In this document: positions 41,611 through 50,739 of the stretch, piece by piece | Layout: each line of letters opens with the position of its first letter | How positions within the stretch are numbered: position 1 is the stretch's first letter | The notes under the pieces: generated by a model | Seen by the model: only the letters and a program-made list of their open reading frames with translations | Databases searched by the model: none | What the model was told of the DNA's origin: nothing | Source: an uncultured Clostridia bacterium | GTDB taxonomy: Bacteria > Bacillota > Clostridia > TANB77 > CAG-508 | Reading direction: 5' to 3' | DNA length: 57,682 nucleotides | Assembly: GCA_949746675.1 (NCBI GenBank) | Contig: CATKDT010000047.1 | Location: forward strand, 1-57,682 | Translations under genes and position numbers: made by a program

Positions 41611-42351
41611 ATGAAAGAAAAAAATCAAAGGCTTTTAAAAATAGTGTTTACTATAATAGCTCTTGCAATAGTGATTGCAACCATTGCATATTTATTTCCA
41701 TTGGTAAGTAATTTAGCTACACCAGAAGGACAAGCACAATTTAAGGAGAAAATTCAAAATACTGGAATACTAGGAGTTTTACTATTATTTGGACTACAAT
41801 TTGCACAAATATTCTTATTTATTATACCAGGAGAGCCAATTGAAATCTTGGCAGGAATGTGTTTTGGAGGATTCTATGGAACAGTATTTATATTAGCATC
41901 TTGTTTTATAATATCAACCATGATTGTATTATTAGTACGAAGATATGGATTAAAGTTTGTAGAAAACTTCTTTGAAAAAAAACAAATAAATAAGATAAAG
42001 GACAGTAAGCTATTAAAGAACCCAAAAACAATAGAAGTAATAATGTGTATATTATTTATAATACCAGGAACACCAAAAGATTTATTGACATTCTTAGGAG
42101 GGTTATTGCCAATAAAACCATTAAAATTTATACTTATAGCAACTTTTGCACGTATACCATCAGTAATATCGTCAACTCTTGTAGGAGATAGTGTTTTAAA
42201 AGGAGATATAAAAACTAGTATAATTATTTATCTAGTAACATTTATACTTGTAGCAGTATTTTTACTTATATATAATAAATTTGATAAAAACAAAGTAACT
42301 GAGAAAGTCTTAAATGATGTTATAAAAAAAGAAGGAGAAGCAAAAAAATAA
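41611..42351 (+). CDS. TVP38/TMEM64 (DedA-related) family membrane protein
   Basis: Multi-pass membrane protein with IIPGEPIEILAGMCFG and IIPGTPKDLLTF motifs. Confidence 0.75.
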   Translation: MKEKNQRLLKIVFTIIALAIVIATIAYLFPLVSNLATPEGQAQFKEKIQNTGILGVLLLFGLQFAQIFLFIIPGEPIEILAGMCFGGFYGTVFILASCFIISTMIVLLVRRYGLKFVENFFEKKQINKIKDSKLLKNPKTIEVIMCILFIIPGTPKDLLTFLGGLLPIKPLKFILIATFARIPSVISSTLVGDSVLKGDIKTSIIIYLVTFILVAVFLLIYNKFDKNKVTEKVLNDVIKKEGEAKK

Positions 42352-43079
42352 TGTATAATTTTTTTGTAGATAATAATCAAATAAATGGTAACAAAGTAGA
42401 AATACTAGGAGATGACTATAAACATATATCAAGAGTATTAAGAATGTCTGTAAAGGAAAAAATTAGTGTAAGTATAAAACAAACCGAAGAGCGATTTCTA
42501 ACAGAGATAACTTCGATAGATAACGAAAAAGTTATATGTACAATAATTGAAAAGTTTCAATCTAGTGAAAGTTCTGTAAACATAACAATTTATCAAGGAA
42601 TTCCTAAATCAGACAAAATGGAGCAAATAATTCAAAAGTCAGTTGAATTAGGAGCAAAGGCAATAGTCCCAGTAGAAATGAAGAACTGTATTGCAAAAAT
42701 TAAAGATCCAGATAAAAAAATTACAAGATGGCAAGCTATATCAGAGGCTGCTGCAAAACAAAGTAAAAGAAATATAATACCTAAAATTGAATATCCATTA
42801 AATATACTAGAAATGTATAATGAATTTAATAAATATAACTTAGTGTTAGTTGCATATGAAAATGAGAAAGACATTGGAATAAAAGAAATATTTAAGAAAT
42901 ATAAAAATGCAAAAGATATTGCTATTATTATTGGACCAGAAGGTGGATTGACAGAAAATGAAGTAAAGCAAGTTGAGAATAAAGGTGGAATTAGCGTTTC
43001 ACTTGGAAAAAGAATACTTAGAACTGAAACTGCTTCTTTAGCACTGTTAAGTATGATTATGTATGAATTTGAAATGTAG
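42351..43079 (+). CDS. rsmE: 16S rRNA (uracil1498-N3)-methyltransferase RsmE
   Basis: HISRVLRM (PUA-like N-terminus) and IIIGPEGGLTENEV...RILRTETA (SPOUT knot). Confidence 0.88.
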   Translation: MYNFFVDNNQINGNKVEILGDDYKHISRVLRMSVKEKISVSIKQTEERFLTEITSIDNEKVICTIIEKFQSSESSVNITIYQGIPKSDKMEQIIQKSVELGAKAIVPVEMKNCIAKIKDPDKKITRWQAISEAAAKQSKRNIIPKIEYPLNILEMYNEFNKYNLVLVAYENEKDIGIKEIFKKYKNAKDIAIIIGPEGGLTENEVKQVENKGGISVSLGKRILRTETASLALLSMIMYEFEM

Positions 43080-43182
43080 TAAATATTATATAACAAGAGT
43101 AAATAATGTAAATTACCAAACATGTTTTTCTTTGAAAAATATGGATGGCAATGAACGCGTAAAGCGAACGAAAGGATTTAGT

Positions 43183-43860
43183 ATGGATAAGCAAGAAAAT
43201 ATAAAAGATACTAAGGAAAAGAAAAAAATAGTGGATAACAAAAAAGATGAATTAAAAGAAAAAATAGAAAGCACTGTACATAGCAATATAGAAAAAGATA
43301 ATAAAGATATAAAGATGGATAACAATAAAATTGACGAAAGTAAAGAGGAAAAAGGAACTGAAATAATAAAAAATGAGGATATTACAACAGACGAAAAAAA
43401 ACTCAAAAAAATAAAAGAAGCAATAAAAGAAAGCAAAGAAAAAAGTAAGAATAATGAAATAAAAAATGAGAAGTATATACGAATCTTTAGAAATGTTGTA
43501 ATTGCAGTAATGGGTATAGCCTATATTACAATAAACATAATAGGAGCAAAAAGAATTCCACAAGAACAATATCAGCTTGACTTAAAAGTATTTATAGTAT
43601 TAAGTGTGATAGCAGCAATTCTATTATTCGAAAAAGCTTTTAAAGATGATAAGTTTAGATTTGCATTACTTGGAATAGAAATGCTCGTATTAGGAGGAGC
43701 AACAATAATGTTATTACATTTATACAATCTACAAAATACTAACATACTAAAATATTCCCAATATTTTATATTAACATGGTGTGCTTACTATATAATTAAA
43801 AGCATTATAATAGCTGTAAAAAGAGTTGATATAAATAAAAAAGAAGTTCAAAATAATTGA
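43183..43860 (+). CDS. Hypothetical membrane protein with a Lys/Glu/Asp-rich N-terminal region and about 4 TM helices
   Basis: ATG at 43183 with an AAAGGA Shine-Dalgarno. Alternative in-frame starts lie at 43141 and 43063. The N-terminal half is low-complexity and charged, and the C-terminal half is hydrophobic. Confidence 0.55.
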   Translation: MDKQENIKDTKEKKKIVDNKKDELKEKIESTVHSNIEKDNKDIKMDNNKIDESKEEKGTEIIKNEDITTDEKKLKKIKEAIKESKEKSKNNEIKNEKYIRIFRNVVIAVMGIAYITINIIGAKRIPQEQYQLDLKVFIVLSVIAAILLFEKAFKDDKFRFALLGIEMLVLGGATIMLLHLYNLQNTNILKYSQYFILTWCAYYIIKSIIIAVKRVDINKKEVQNN

Positions 43861-43980
43861 CATATTTGTTAAAATGTAGTAAAATACAAAAAGATTATAA
43901 GAAGATGATTTTTTAGATTTTAATTATTTAAATTTTAAATAGTACATTTTCTATTATATTTAAGAAGGAGATGAATACTT

Positions 43981-44199
43981 ATGTTAGTAAAACCTACAGT
44001 TGCAGAACTTTTAGATAAAGCTGAAAATAGATATAGATTAGCTATTGCAACAGCCAAAAGAGCAAGACAAATTGCACAAGGGAGCAAGCCGATGGTAGAA
44101 ACAGAGGACATTTCGCCAGTTACAGTGGCAGCAGATGAAATAGAAGAAGGAACAATAAAAATATACAATGAAGAAGAATGGAAGAAATTAGAAGACTAA
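43981..44199 (+). CDS. rpoZ: DNA-directed RNA polymerase subunit omega
   Basis: PTVAELLDKAENRYRLAIATAKRARQI is the canonical RpoZ N-terminus. Shine-Dalgarno AGGAG. Confidence 0.9.
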   Translation: MLVKPTVAELLDKAENRYRLAIATAKRARQIAQGSKPMVETEDISPVTVAADEIEEGTIKIYNEEEWKKLED

Positions 44200-44358
44200 A
44201 TAGCACAGATATTATAGTTATTACAATATAATTTTATAAATAAAAAGATATGTACACGAAACGAACTAAGATTTATATAATAAAAGTTATATAATATTAG
44301 TTTGTTTTTATATTTTAAATAATAAGTTAATACATGAACAAAACTTGAAAGGAGCAAA

Positions 44359-44994
44359 ATTATAGAAATTCAAACAATTAATATATATGATAAAGAATAT
44401 CCATACTTATTAAAACATATATATAATAGACCAAAAAAATTATATATTTTAGGAAATATAGAAAATTTAAATAAAAAAGGAGTTACAATAGTTGGCTCGA
44501 GAAAATGTACTCAGTATGGAAGAAAAATTGCTACTAAACTAGCATATATTCTTTCGAAAGAAGATTATATAATAGTTAGTGGACTTGCACTAGGAATAGA
44601 CACATCGGCACATATTGGTGCACTTAAAGCAGGAAAGAAAACAGTTGCAGTACTTGCTCATGGATTAAACCAAATATATCCAAAAGAAAATAGGCAACTA
44701 GCTATTGAAATATTAAAACATAATGGAACTTTAGTATCTGAATACTGTATAAATGCCAAGATAAAAAGAGAAAATTTCGTAAATAGAAATAGAATAATGA
44801 GTGGACTTACTGAAAAAACAATAGTAGTAGAAGCAGAAGAAAAAAGTGGTTCATTGGTGACAGCAAATTATGCACTAGAACAAGGAAGAGATGTGTATGC
44901 TATACCAGGAGATATAACATTGAAGACATCAATGGGAACTAATAAACTAATTCAGGAAGGTGCAAAGACTATATTATTTTATAAAGAGAATTAA
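44359..44994 (+). CDS. dprA: DprA (DNA processing protein A), short form containing only the Rossmann-like core. The start is non-canonical or unresolved.
   Basis: YPYLLKHIYNRPKKLYILGN...VTIVGSRKCTQYG...IVSGLALGIDTSAHIGAL...NRIMSGLT..VVVEAEEKSGSLVTA. Frame 1 is open from 44338 with no ATG, GTG or TTG before 44797. AAAGGAG (44348-44354) is followed by ATT 44359 and ATA 44362. Confidence 0.7.
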   Translation: MIEIQTINIYDKEYPYLLKHIYNRPKKLYILGNIENLNKKGVTIVGSRKCTQYGRKIATKLAYILSKEDYIIVSGLALGIDTSAHIGALKAGKKTVAVLAHGLNQIYPKENRQLAIEILKHNGTLVSEYCINAKIKRENFVNRNRIMSGLTEKTIVVEAEEKSGSLVTANYALEQGRDVYAIPGDITLKTSMGTNKLIQEGAKTILFYKEN

Positions 44995-45234
44995 GATTTT
45001 AATAAACATATCAGAGATATTTGTTTTCAAAATATAATTAATTCATAAATTTTATTCAAAATATTTTATTCAAGAAAGGTTGTATTATTAGATTTTTTGT
45101 AATATAATATAATCGCTAGTATTATAAGAACTAGAAGATATAAAAAATATTTAAAGTTATATGGTTAGAGTATAATTACAAATGAGATTAAGAATCTTGA
45201 ATTGACAATATTTAAGTCGAAGGGAGTGATTTAT

Positions 45235-48200
45235 TTGGACGATAAACATAATAAAAAGAAACCATTTGAAATTGACAAAGATGATAGTAAATTAGACTGG
45301 AATGAAATTTTACGTAACAAACCAAACAAGAACGAAAAAAAGGATAAAACAACTGATATAAGTATAGAAGAAAAAGAGAAAAAAACTAGTGATAGTATAT
45401 CAAAAATTACAACTGAAAAAGACGAAGAAAATAAAAAAGAAAAAACAGAAGAGTTACTTAAAGAATTAAATGATGATAATGATGGATACATACAACTAAA
45501 GACTACAAAAGACATTTTAGATGATGCTGATATCACAAAAATTTATAAAGAAGATAAAACAGACAGCAATGAAGATGAAACAAAAATATTAGATATGAAT
45601 AATAGTGAAAGTTCAATAGAGGACGATAAAGAAGTGAAGAAAAATATAAAAAAAATAAATAAAAAGAACAATAAAGATAAAAAGGGAAAGAAAAAACATA
45701 AAGTATTAAAAAGAGTAATCTTATCATTATTCATATTATTTGTTATTGCTATAGTAGCTGGAATGGCATGTATTTATGCTATTTTAAAGACAGATAAATG
45801 GGCAATTACAGAAGATGAACTTTTAGCAGACGCTGGAGCTGTAGTATATGATCTAGGCGGAAATGAGTTAGTTAGACTGACAGGAGATGAGATAAATAAG
45901 AAAATAAATTTAAATGAAATGGGAAAATTACCGGATGCTTTTATATCAATAGAAGATGAGAGATTTTATGAGCATAAAGGTATTGATGTTAAAAGAACTG
46001 CATATGCTATATTTAAATACATAACTTCAAAACTAACTGGTAAAAGTGCATCATTTGGCGGAAGTTCAATAACACAACAACTAATAAAAATAACAATGAA
46101 AGATAATGAACGTTCTGGTATTGAAGGAATTCAAAGAAAGATAAGAGAATGGTCACGTGCATATCAAGTTGAAAAAATGATTGATAAAGACCAAATATTA
46201 CAAAGATACTTAAACAGAATTTATTTAGGATCAGAAGAAGGGCTTGAAATACATGGTGTAGAATCAGCTTCAACATATTATTTTAGTAAATCAGCAAAAG
46301 ATTTAAGTATAGCTGAGGCAGCATTTATTGCAGGAATAAACCACTCACCTAATAATTACAATGTATTCAACTCAAAGGATGACATTACAGAAAAAGTTAA
46401 GAAGAGAACTATTACAGTTCTTGATAAGATGAATGAACTAGGGAAAATAAGCTATGATGAATATAATGAGGCAAAAAATCAAGTAAATGAAGGTTTGAAA
46501 TTTGAAAAAGGAAAATTATCAAATGGAAATAGTGATTTAAATTTCCATACTTCAGCAGCAATAGACCAAATAGCAAGAGAATTGTCAGATAAAAAAGATA
46601 TATCATATGATGAAGCAAGAGAACAACTTATAAGTAGTGGATATTCGATATATACAACAGTTAATATGGATGTACAAAACAAAATAAAAGAGGTATATGA
46701 AGATCCTAAATATATAATCAATGGTGCAAGATATAAAGGAAGAGAAGGCGATATATCAGGGCAGTCAGCAATGTGTGTAATAGAGCCATCTACTGGGTAT
46801 GTAGTTGCTGAATATGGTGGACTTGGTACTAATCAAAATACTTTAGGACTTAATAGAGCTTTAACAAAAAGACAAGGAGGTTCATCATTTAAACCACTTG
46901 GCGTAGTTGCACCAGCATTAGAAAACAAAGTTGTAACTCCTTCTACACTATTTTATGATGTTAGAACAACTTTTGGAAGAAATTACACTGTATCAAATGA
47001 TGGTAATATATTCCATAATATTGACACAATGAGAAATGTACTAAAGTATTCATGCAATGTTCCAGAGGTAAAATTATTATCAATAATGGGAATAGACAAA
47101 TCAGTTGATTTTCTTGGAAAAATTGGGATACATGTAGATGGAGACAAAGCTGGACTAAGTATGGCATTAGGAACTGTTGAAGTATCAACAGTACAAATGG
47201 CAGCAGGATATGCAATGATAGCAAATGGTGGTGTATATATAACACCTACATTCTACACAAAAGTTGTTGATAAAAACGGAAACACAATAATTGAACCAAA
47301 TCAAGAAAAAACTAGAGTTATGACAGAGCAAAATGCATATGTTGAAATTTCACTTTTACATGGAGCTCTTGAAGCAGGTGGTACTGCAAGCACATATTCA
47401 AGGACATTAGGAAATATGGATGTCGCAGGAAAAACAGGAACAACAACAGATGCACTTGATAGATGGTTTTGTGGTATTACTCCTTATTATGCAACAGCAT
47501 GCTGGTATGGAAACGACGAAAATAGAGCAAGGTTTAACGGTAGCAACCCTGCTTCTAGAGTATGGTTTAATGCAATGAAAAAAGCACATGAAGGCTTAGA
47601 AGTAAAGAAATTTAATAAGCCAGAGGGAATATCAACAGTATCAATATGTAAAGAAACTGGAAGAAGAGCAACAGAACGTTGTACAGATACATATTCAGAA
47701 ATATTTGCATCAGACAATATTCCAGCAGCTTGTGAAGGTCATGAAAAACTAAAAATATGTAAAGAAACTGGAAAAGTTGCGACAGAATTTTGTACAGATA
47801 CAGAGGAAAAAGTATTTGGAAGAGTAATTGATACTGAAAAGAATGCAACTTGGACACCAAAATTAGAGGCAACAGAAGAAATCCCAACTGAAACTTGTGA
47901 TATACATACAAGTGCACAACAAAAATTTGTTCCAAATGTAGTTGGAAAAACACAAAAAGAAGCAACAGATCTTTTAAAAGCAGCAGGATATACAGTAAAA
48001 GTTGAAAAAGATGAGGACATAAAAAAAGCTAAGGGAATAGTATTAAAACAAAGTGCAACTCAAGCTCCAGAAGGTGCTGAAATTATAATAACAGTAAATC
48101 AGGTTGGCAATGCATCAGGAGGAAATACAACAGGTGAAAATAATACAACCAACGAAACAACAAGTAACACAACTACAGGAAATACAACTACTAATGAAAC

Positions 48201-48255
48201 ACCAGAGCCAACAGTAACGACTGAACCAACGGCAACTCCAAAAAATGAAACATAA
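45235..48255 (+). CDS. Class A penicillin-binding protein (glycosyltransferase plus transpeptidase) with a long charged N-terminal extension, duplicated Cys motifs, a PASTA domain and a Thr/Asn-rich tail
   Basis: GT51 motif ISIEDERFYEHKGID. Transpeptidase motifs SSFK, SND and KTGTT. PASTA-like VPNVVGKTQKEATDLLKAAGYTVKV. TTG at 45235 has an AGGGAG Shine-Dalgarno. The track start at 45202 is also possible. Confidence 0.9.
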   Translation: MDDKHNKKKPFEIDKDDSKLDWNEILRNKPNKNEKKDKTTDISIEEKEKKTSDSISKITTEKDEENKKEKTEELLKELNDDNDGYIQLKTTKDILDDADITKIYKEDKTDSNEDETKILDMNNSESSIEDDKEVKKNIKKINKKNNKDKKGKKKHKVLKRVILSLFILFVIAIVAGMACIYAILKTDKWAITEDELLADAGAVVYDLGGNELVRLTGDEINKKINLNEMGKLPDAFISIEDERFYEHKGIDVKRTAYAIFKYITSKLTGKSASFGGSSITQQLIKITMKDNERSGIEGIQRKIREWSRAYQVEKMIDKDQILQRYLNRIYLGSEEGLEIHGVESASTYYFSKSAKDLSIAEAAFIAGINHSPNNYNVFNSKDDITEKVKKRTITVLDKMNELGKISYDEYNEAKNQVNEGLKFEKGKLSNGNSDLNFHTSAAIDQIARELSDKKDISYDEAREQLISSGYSIYTTVNMDVQNKIKEVYEDPKYIINGARYKGREGDISGQSAMCVIEPSTGYVVAEYGGLGTNQNTLGLNRALTKRQGGSSFKPLGVVAPALENKVVTPSTLFYDVRTTFGRNYTVSNDGNIFHNIDTMRNVLKYSCNVPEVKLLSIMGIDKSVDFLGKIGIHVDGDKAGLSMALGTVEVSTVQMAAGYAMIANGGVYITPTFYTKVVDKNGNTIIEPNQEKTRVMTEQNAYVEISLLHGALEAGGTASTYSRTLGNMDVAGKTGTTTDALDRWFCGITPYYATACWYGNDENRARFNGSNPASRVWFNAMKKAHEGLEVKKFNKPEGISTVSICKETGRRATERCTDTYSEIFASDNIPAACEGHEKLKICKETGKVATEFCTDTEEKVFGRVIDTEKNATWTPKLEATEEIPTETCDIHTSAQQKFVPNVVGKTQKEATDLLKAAGYTVKVEKDEDIKKAKGIVLKQSATQAPEGAEIIITVNQVGNASGGNTTGENNTTNETTSNTTTGNTTTNETPEPTVTTEPTATPKNET

Positions 48256-48292
48256 TTACTAACAGATAGCTTCCAAAAAAGTTAGGACATAT

Positions 48293-48324
48293 AAGAAAGT
48301 GGCTTATAAAATGTCCACTTTCTT
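48293..48324 (+). terminator. Hairpin after the PBP gene, upstream of cysS
   Basis: aagaaagtgg / ccactttctt 10-bp stem. An alternative ggacat/atgtcc pairing overlaps it. Confidence 0.55.
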
Positions 48325-48360
48325 AAAATATAAAATGAATAAGAGAGGAAGGTTAACACG

Positions 48361-49758
48361 TTGAAAATTAACTTATATAATACATATACACATACAAAAG
48401 AAGAATTTAAACCAATAAAAGAAAATGAAGTTAAAATATATACTTGTGGTCCAACAGTATACAATTTTGCTTCAATAGGAAATTTTAGAACGTATTTATT
48501 TATGGATAGTCTAAGAAGAATGTTTAAATACAATGGATATAAATTAAATCATGTAATGAATATAACAGATGTTGGACATTTAACTTCTGATGCAGATACA
48601 GGTGAAGATAAAATGGAGAAAGCTGCAAAAAAAGAAGGAAAAAATCCTTATGAAATAGCTGAATTTTATACAAAAGCATTTATGAAAGATATAGAGAGAC
48701 TTAATATTGATAAAGTTGAAATAATTACAAAAGCAACTGATAACATTCAACAAATGTTTGAAATGGTTGAAGAAATAATAAAAAATGGATATGGATACGA
48801 AACTAGTAAAGGAATATATTTTGATGTTTCAAAGTTAGATAAGTATCCTGTGCTTTCTAATAATGAAGTAAGTGGTCAAGAAGCAGGAGCAAGAATAGAA
48901 GTTGATCCAGAAAAGCGAAATCCTTATGATTTTGCTATTTGGATAAAAGCACCAGAAAATCACATAATGAAATGGGATAGTCCTTGGGGAAAATCATACC
49001 CAGGATGGCATATAGAATGTTCTGCAATGAGTAGACGTTTCTTAGGAGAACATTTTGACATACATACAGGTGGAGTTGATCATATCCCTGTACATCATGA
49101 AAATGAAATAGCTCAATGTAAAGGGGCTTTTGGACATAGTCCAGTAGATACATGGATGCATTGCGAATTTTTACTTATTGATGGTGGCAAAATGTCAAAA
49201 TCCTTAAATAACATTTATACAGTTGAAAATTTAATAGAAAAAGATATTGAACCACTTGCATACAAATTATTTTGCTTTAGTGCACATTACAGAAATAAAC
49301 TAAATTTTACATTTGATGGGGTAAAAGCAAGTCAAGTAGCATTAAATAGAATGCGCCAAAGCTATATAAGCCATTTTAATTCAGAAGAAGATATTGATGA
49401 TAAAATAATTAATGAATATGAAGTAAGGTTTCATGAAGCAATTAATGATGATTTAAATATGCCAAAAGCAATAGGAGTTGTATGGGAATTATTAAAAAGT
49501 ACAAAATCACACAAAATTGCAAAACTAATACTAAAATTTGATGAAGTATTAGGATTAGACTTAGTAAACTCTAATAAATATCTAGAAGAGAATACAAATA
49601 ATATTCCAGAAGATATATATAATATGATAGAACAAAGAAAGCAAGCTAAGGAAAACAAAGATTATAATAGAGCTGATGAAATTAGAGAAATGATAAAAGA
49701 AAAGGGATTTGTTATTAAGGATGTTAAGAATGGAGAAGTAGAAATTGAAAGAATTTAA
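48361..49758 (+). CDS. cysS: Cysteine--tRNA ligase
   Basis: CGPTVYNFASIGNFR (HIGH-class motif region), GWHIECS, KMSKS. TTG start with a GAGAGGAAGG Shine-Dalgarno. Confidence 0.93.
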   Translation: MKINLYNTYTHTKEEFKPIKENEVKIYTCGPTVYNFASIGNFRTYLFMDSLRRMFKYNGYKLNHVMNITDVGHLTSDADTGEDKMEKAAKKEGKNPYEIAEFYTKAFMKDIERLNIDKVEIITKATDNIQQMFEMVEEIIKNGYGYETSKGIYFDVSKLDKYPVLSNNEVSGQEAGARIEVDPEKRNPYDFAIWIKAPENHIMKWDSPWGKSYPGWHIECSAMSRRFLGEHFDIHTGGVDHIPVHHENEIAQCKGAFGHSPVDTWMHCEFLLIDGGKMSKSLNNIYTVENLIEKDIEPLAYKLFCFSAHYRNKLNFTFDGVKASQVALNRMRQSYISHFNSEEDIDDKIINEYEVRFHEAINDDLNMPKAIGVVWELLKSTKSHKIAKLILKFDEVLGLDLVNSNKYLEENTNNIPEDIYNMIEQRKQAKENKDYNRADEIREMIKEKGFVIKDVKNGEVEIERI

Positions 49759-50734
49759 TCAAAAAGAAGATAATGACATAAAAAATAATTCCAATGATAA
49801 TGAAAATCAAAAAGACAAAAAGGATAAAAATCTAGGAAATTTCAATAATAAACAATACAAAAAAGTTAAAATGTCATTTCTAAAAAAAATAAAAGTAAGC
49901 ATATTTGATTTTGATAAATATTATCTAATAGCTTCAGAAGGAATATCGAGATCAATAATTTTTCTATTACAATTATTTACACTATTTTCAATAATAGTAT
50001 CATTTTCAATTACGTACAAAATAGCACAAACTGGAAAAGAGATTTCCAACATATTAATTGAAGAACTACCAGAGTTTTTACTTGCAGACAATGAACTTAC
50101 TTGTAATATTGAAGAACCAGTTGTAATTGAGAGAAATGAAAATTTTATTAAATTTAAAGTTATATTTGATAACTCTGAAGACAATAATATGTATATAGAA
50201 CAATTCAAAGATTATGATGGATATGGGGTGGCATTAAATAAATATAATATAACAATAAAATATGCAGAAGATAAAATTGAAACTTATAATTATAAAGATA
50301 TACAAGCAAATATAAACATTAATAAAGATAATGTTATACAAATATTACAAAATAATAGAATATATACATTAGTATTTATTTATATTGCAATATTATTATT
50401 TATAATATACTTTACAAGTATGTTAATAGATATATTAGCTTTGGCAATACTTGGACTAATTATAACCAAACTAGTACACCTGCCACTTAGATTTTACTCA
50501 GTTTTTGCAATAGCAGTTGCTTCAACAACTTTGCCAATAGTATTAAACTTAGTATACTTAATTGCTAATATATTCTTAAACTTTACAATGCCACAATTCC
50601 AAGTTATGATAACATTAGTATCATATATTTACCTAGTAGCAGGAATATTGATATTACGTTCTAATTTAAAAAAAGGAACAAATAACTTAAATAAGAAACT
50701 TAATAAAGAGGTCAATGAAGAGAAAGGAACATAA
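49745..50734 (+). CDS. DUF1189-like multi-pass membrane protein. The start is uncertain: TTG 49745 overlaps the cysS end, or the ATG at 49871 is used.
   Basis: MSFLKKIKVSIFDFDKYYLIASEGISRSIIFLL resembles DUF1189 N-termini. There are several TM helices in the C-terminal half. Confidence 0.6.
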   Translation: MKEFNQKEDNDIKNNSNDNENQKDKKDKNLGNFNNKQYKKVKMSFLKKIKVSIFDFDKYYLIASEGISRSIIFLLQLFTLFSIIVSFSITYKIAQTGKEISNILIEELPEFLLADNELTCNIEEPVVIERNENFIKFKVIFDNSEDNNMYIEQFKDYDGYGVALNKYNITIKYAEDKIETYNYKDIQANININKDNVIQILQNNRIYTLVFIYIAILLFIIYFTSMLIDILALAILGLIITKLVHLPLRFYSVFAIAVASTTLPIVLNLVYLIANIFLNFTMPQFQVMITLVSYIYLVAGILILRSNLKKGTNNLNKKLNKEVNEEKGT

Positions 50735-50739
50735 AAGAG

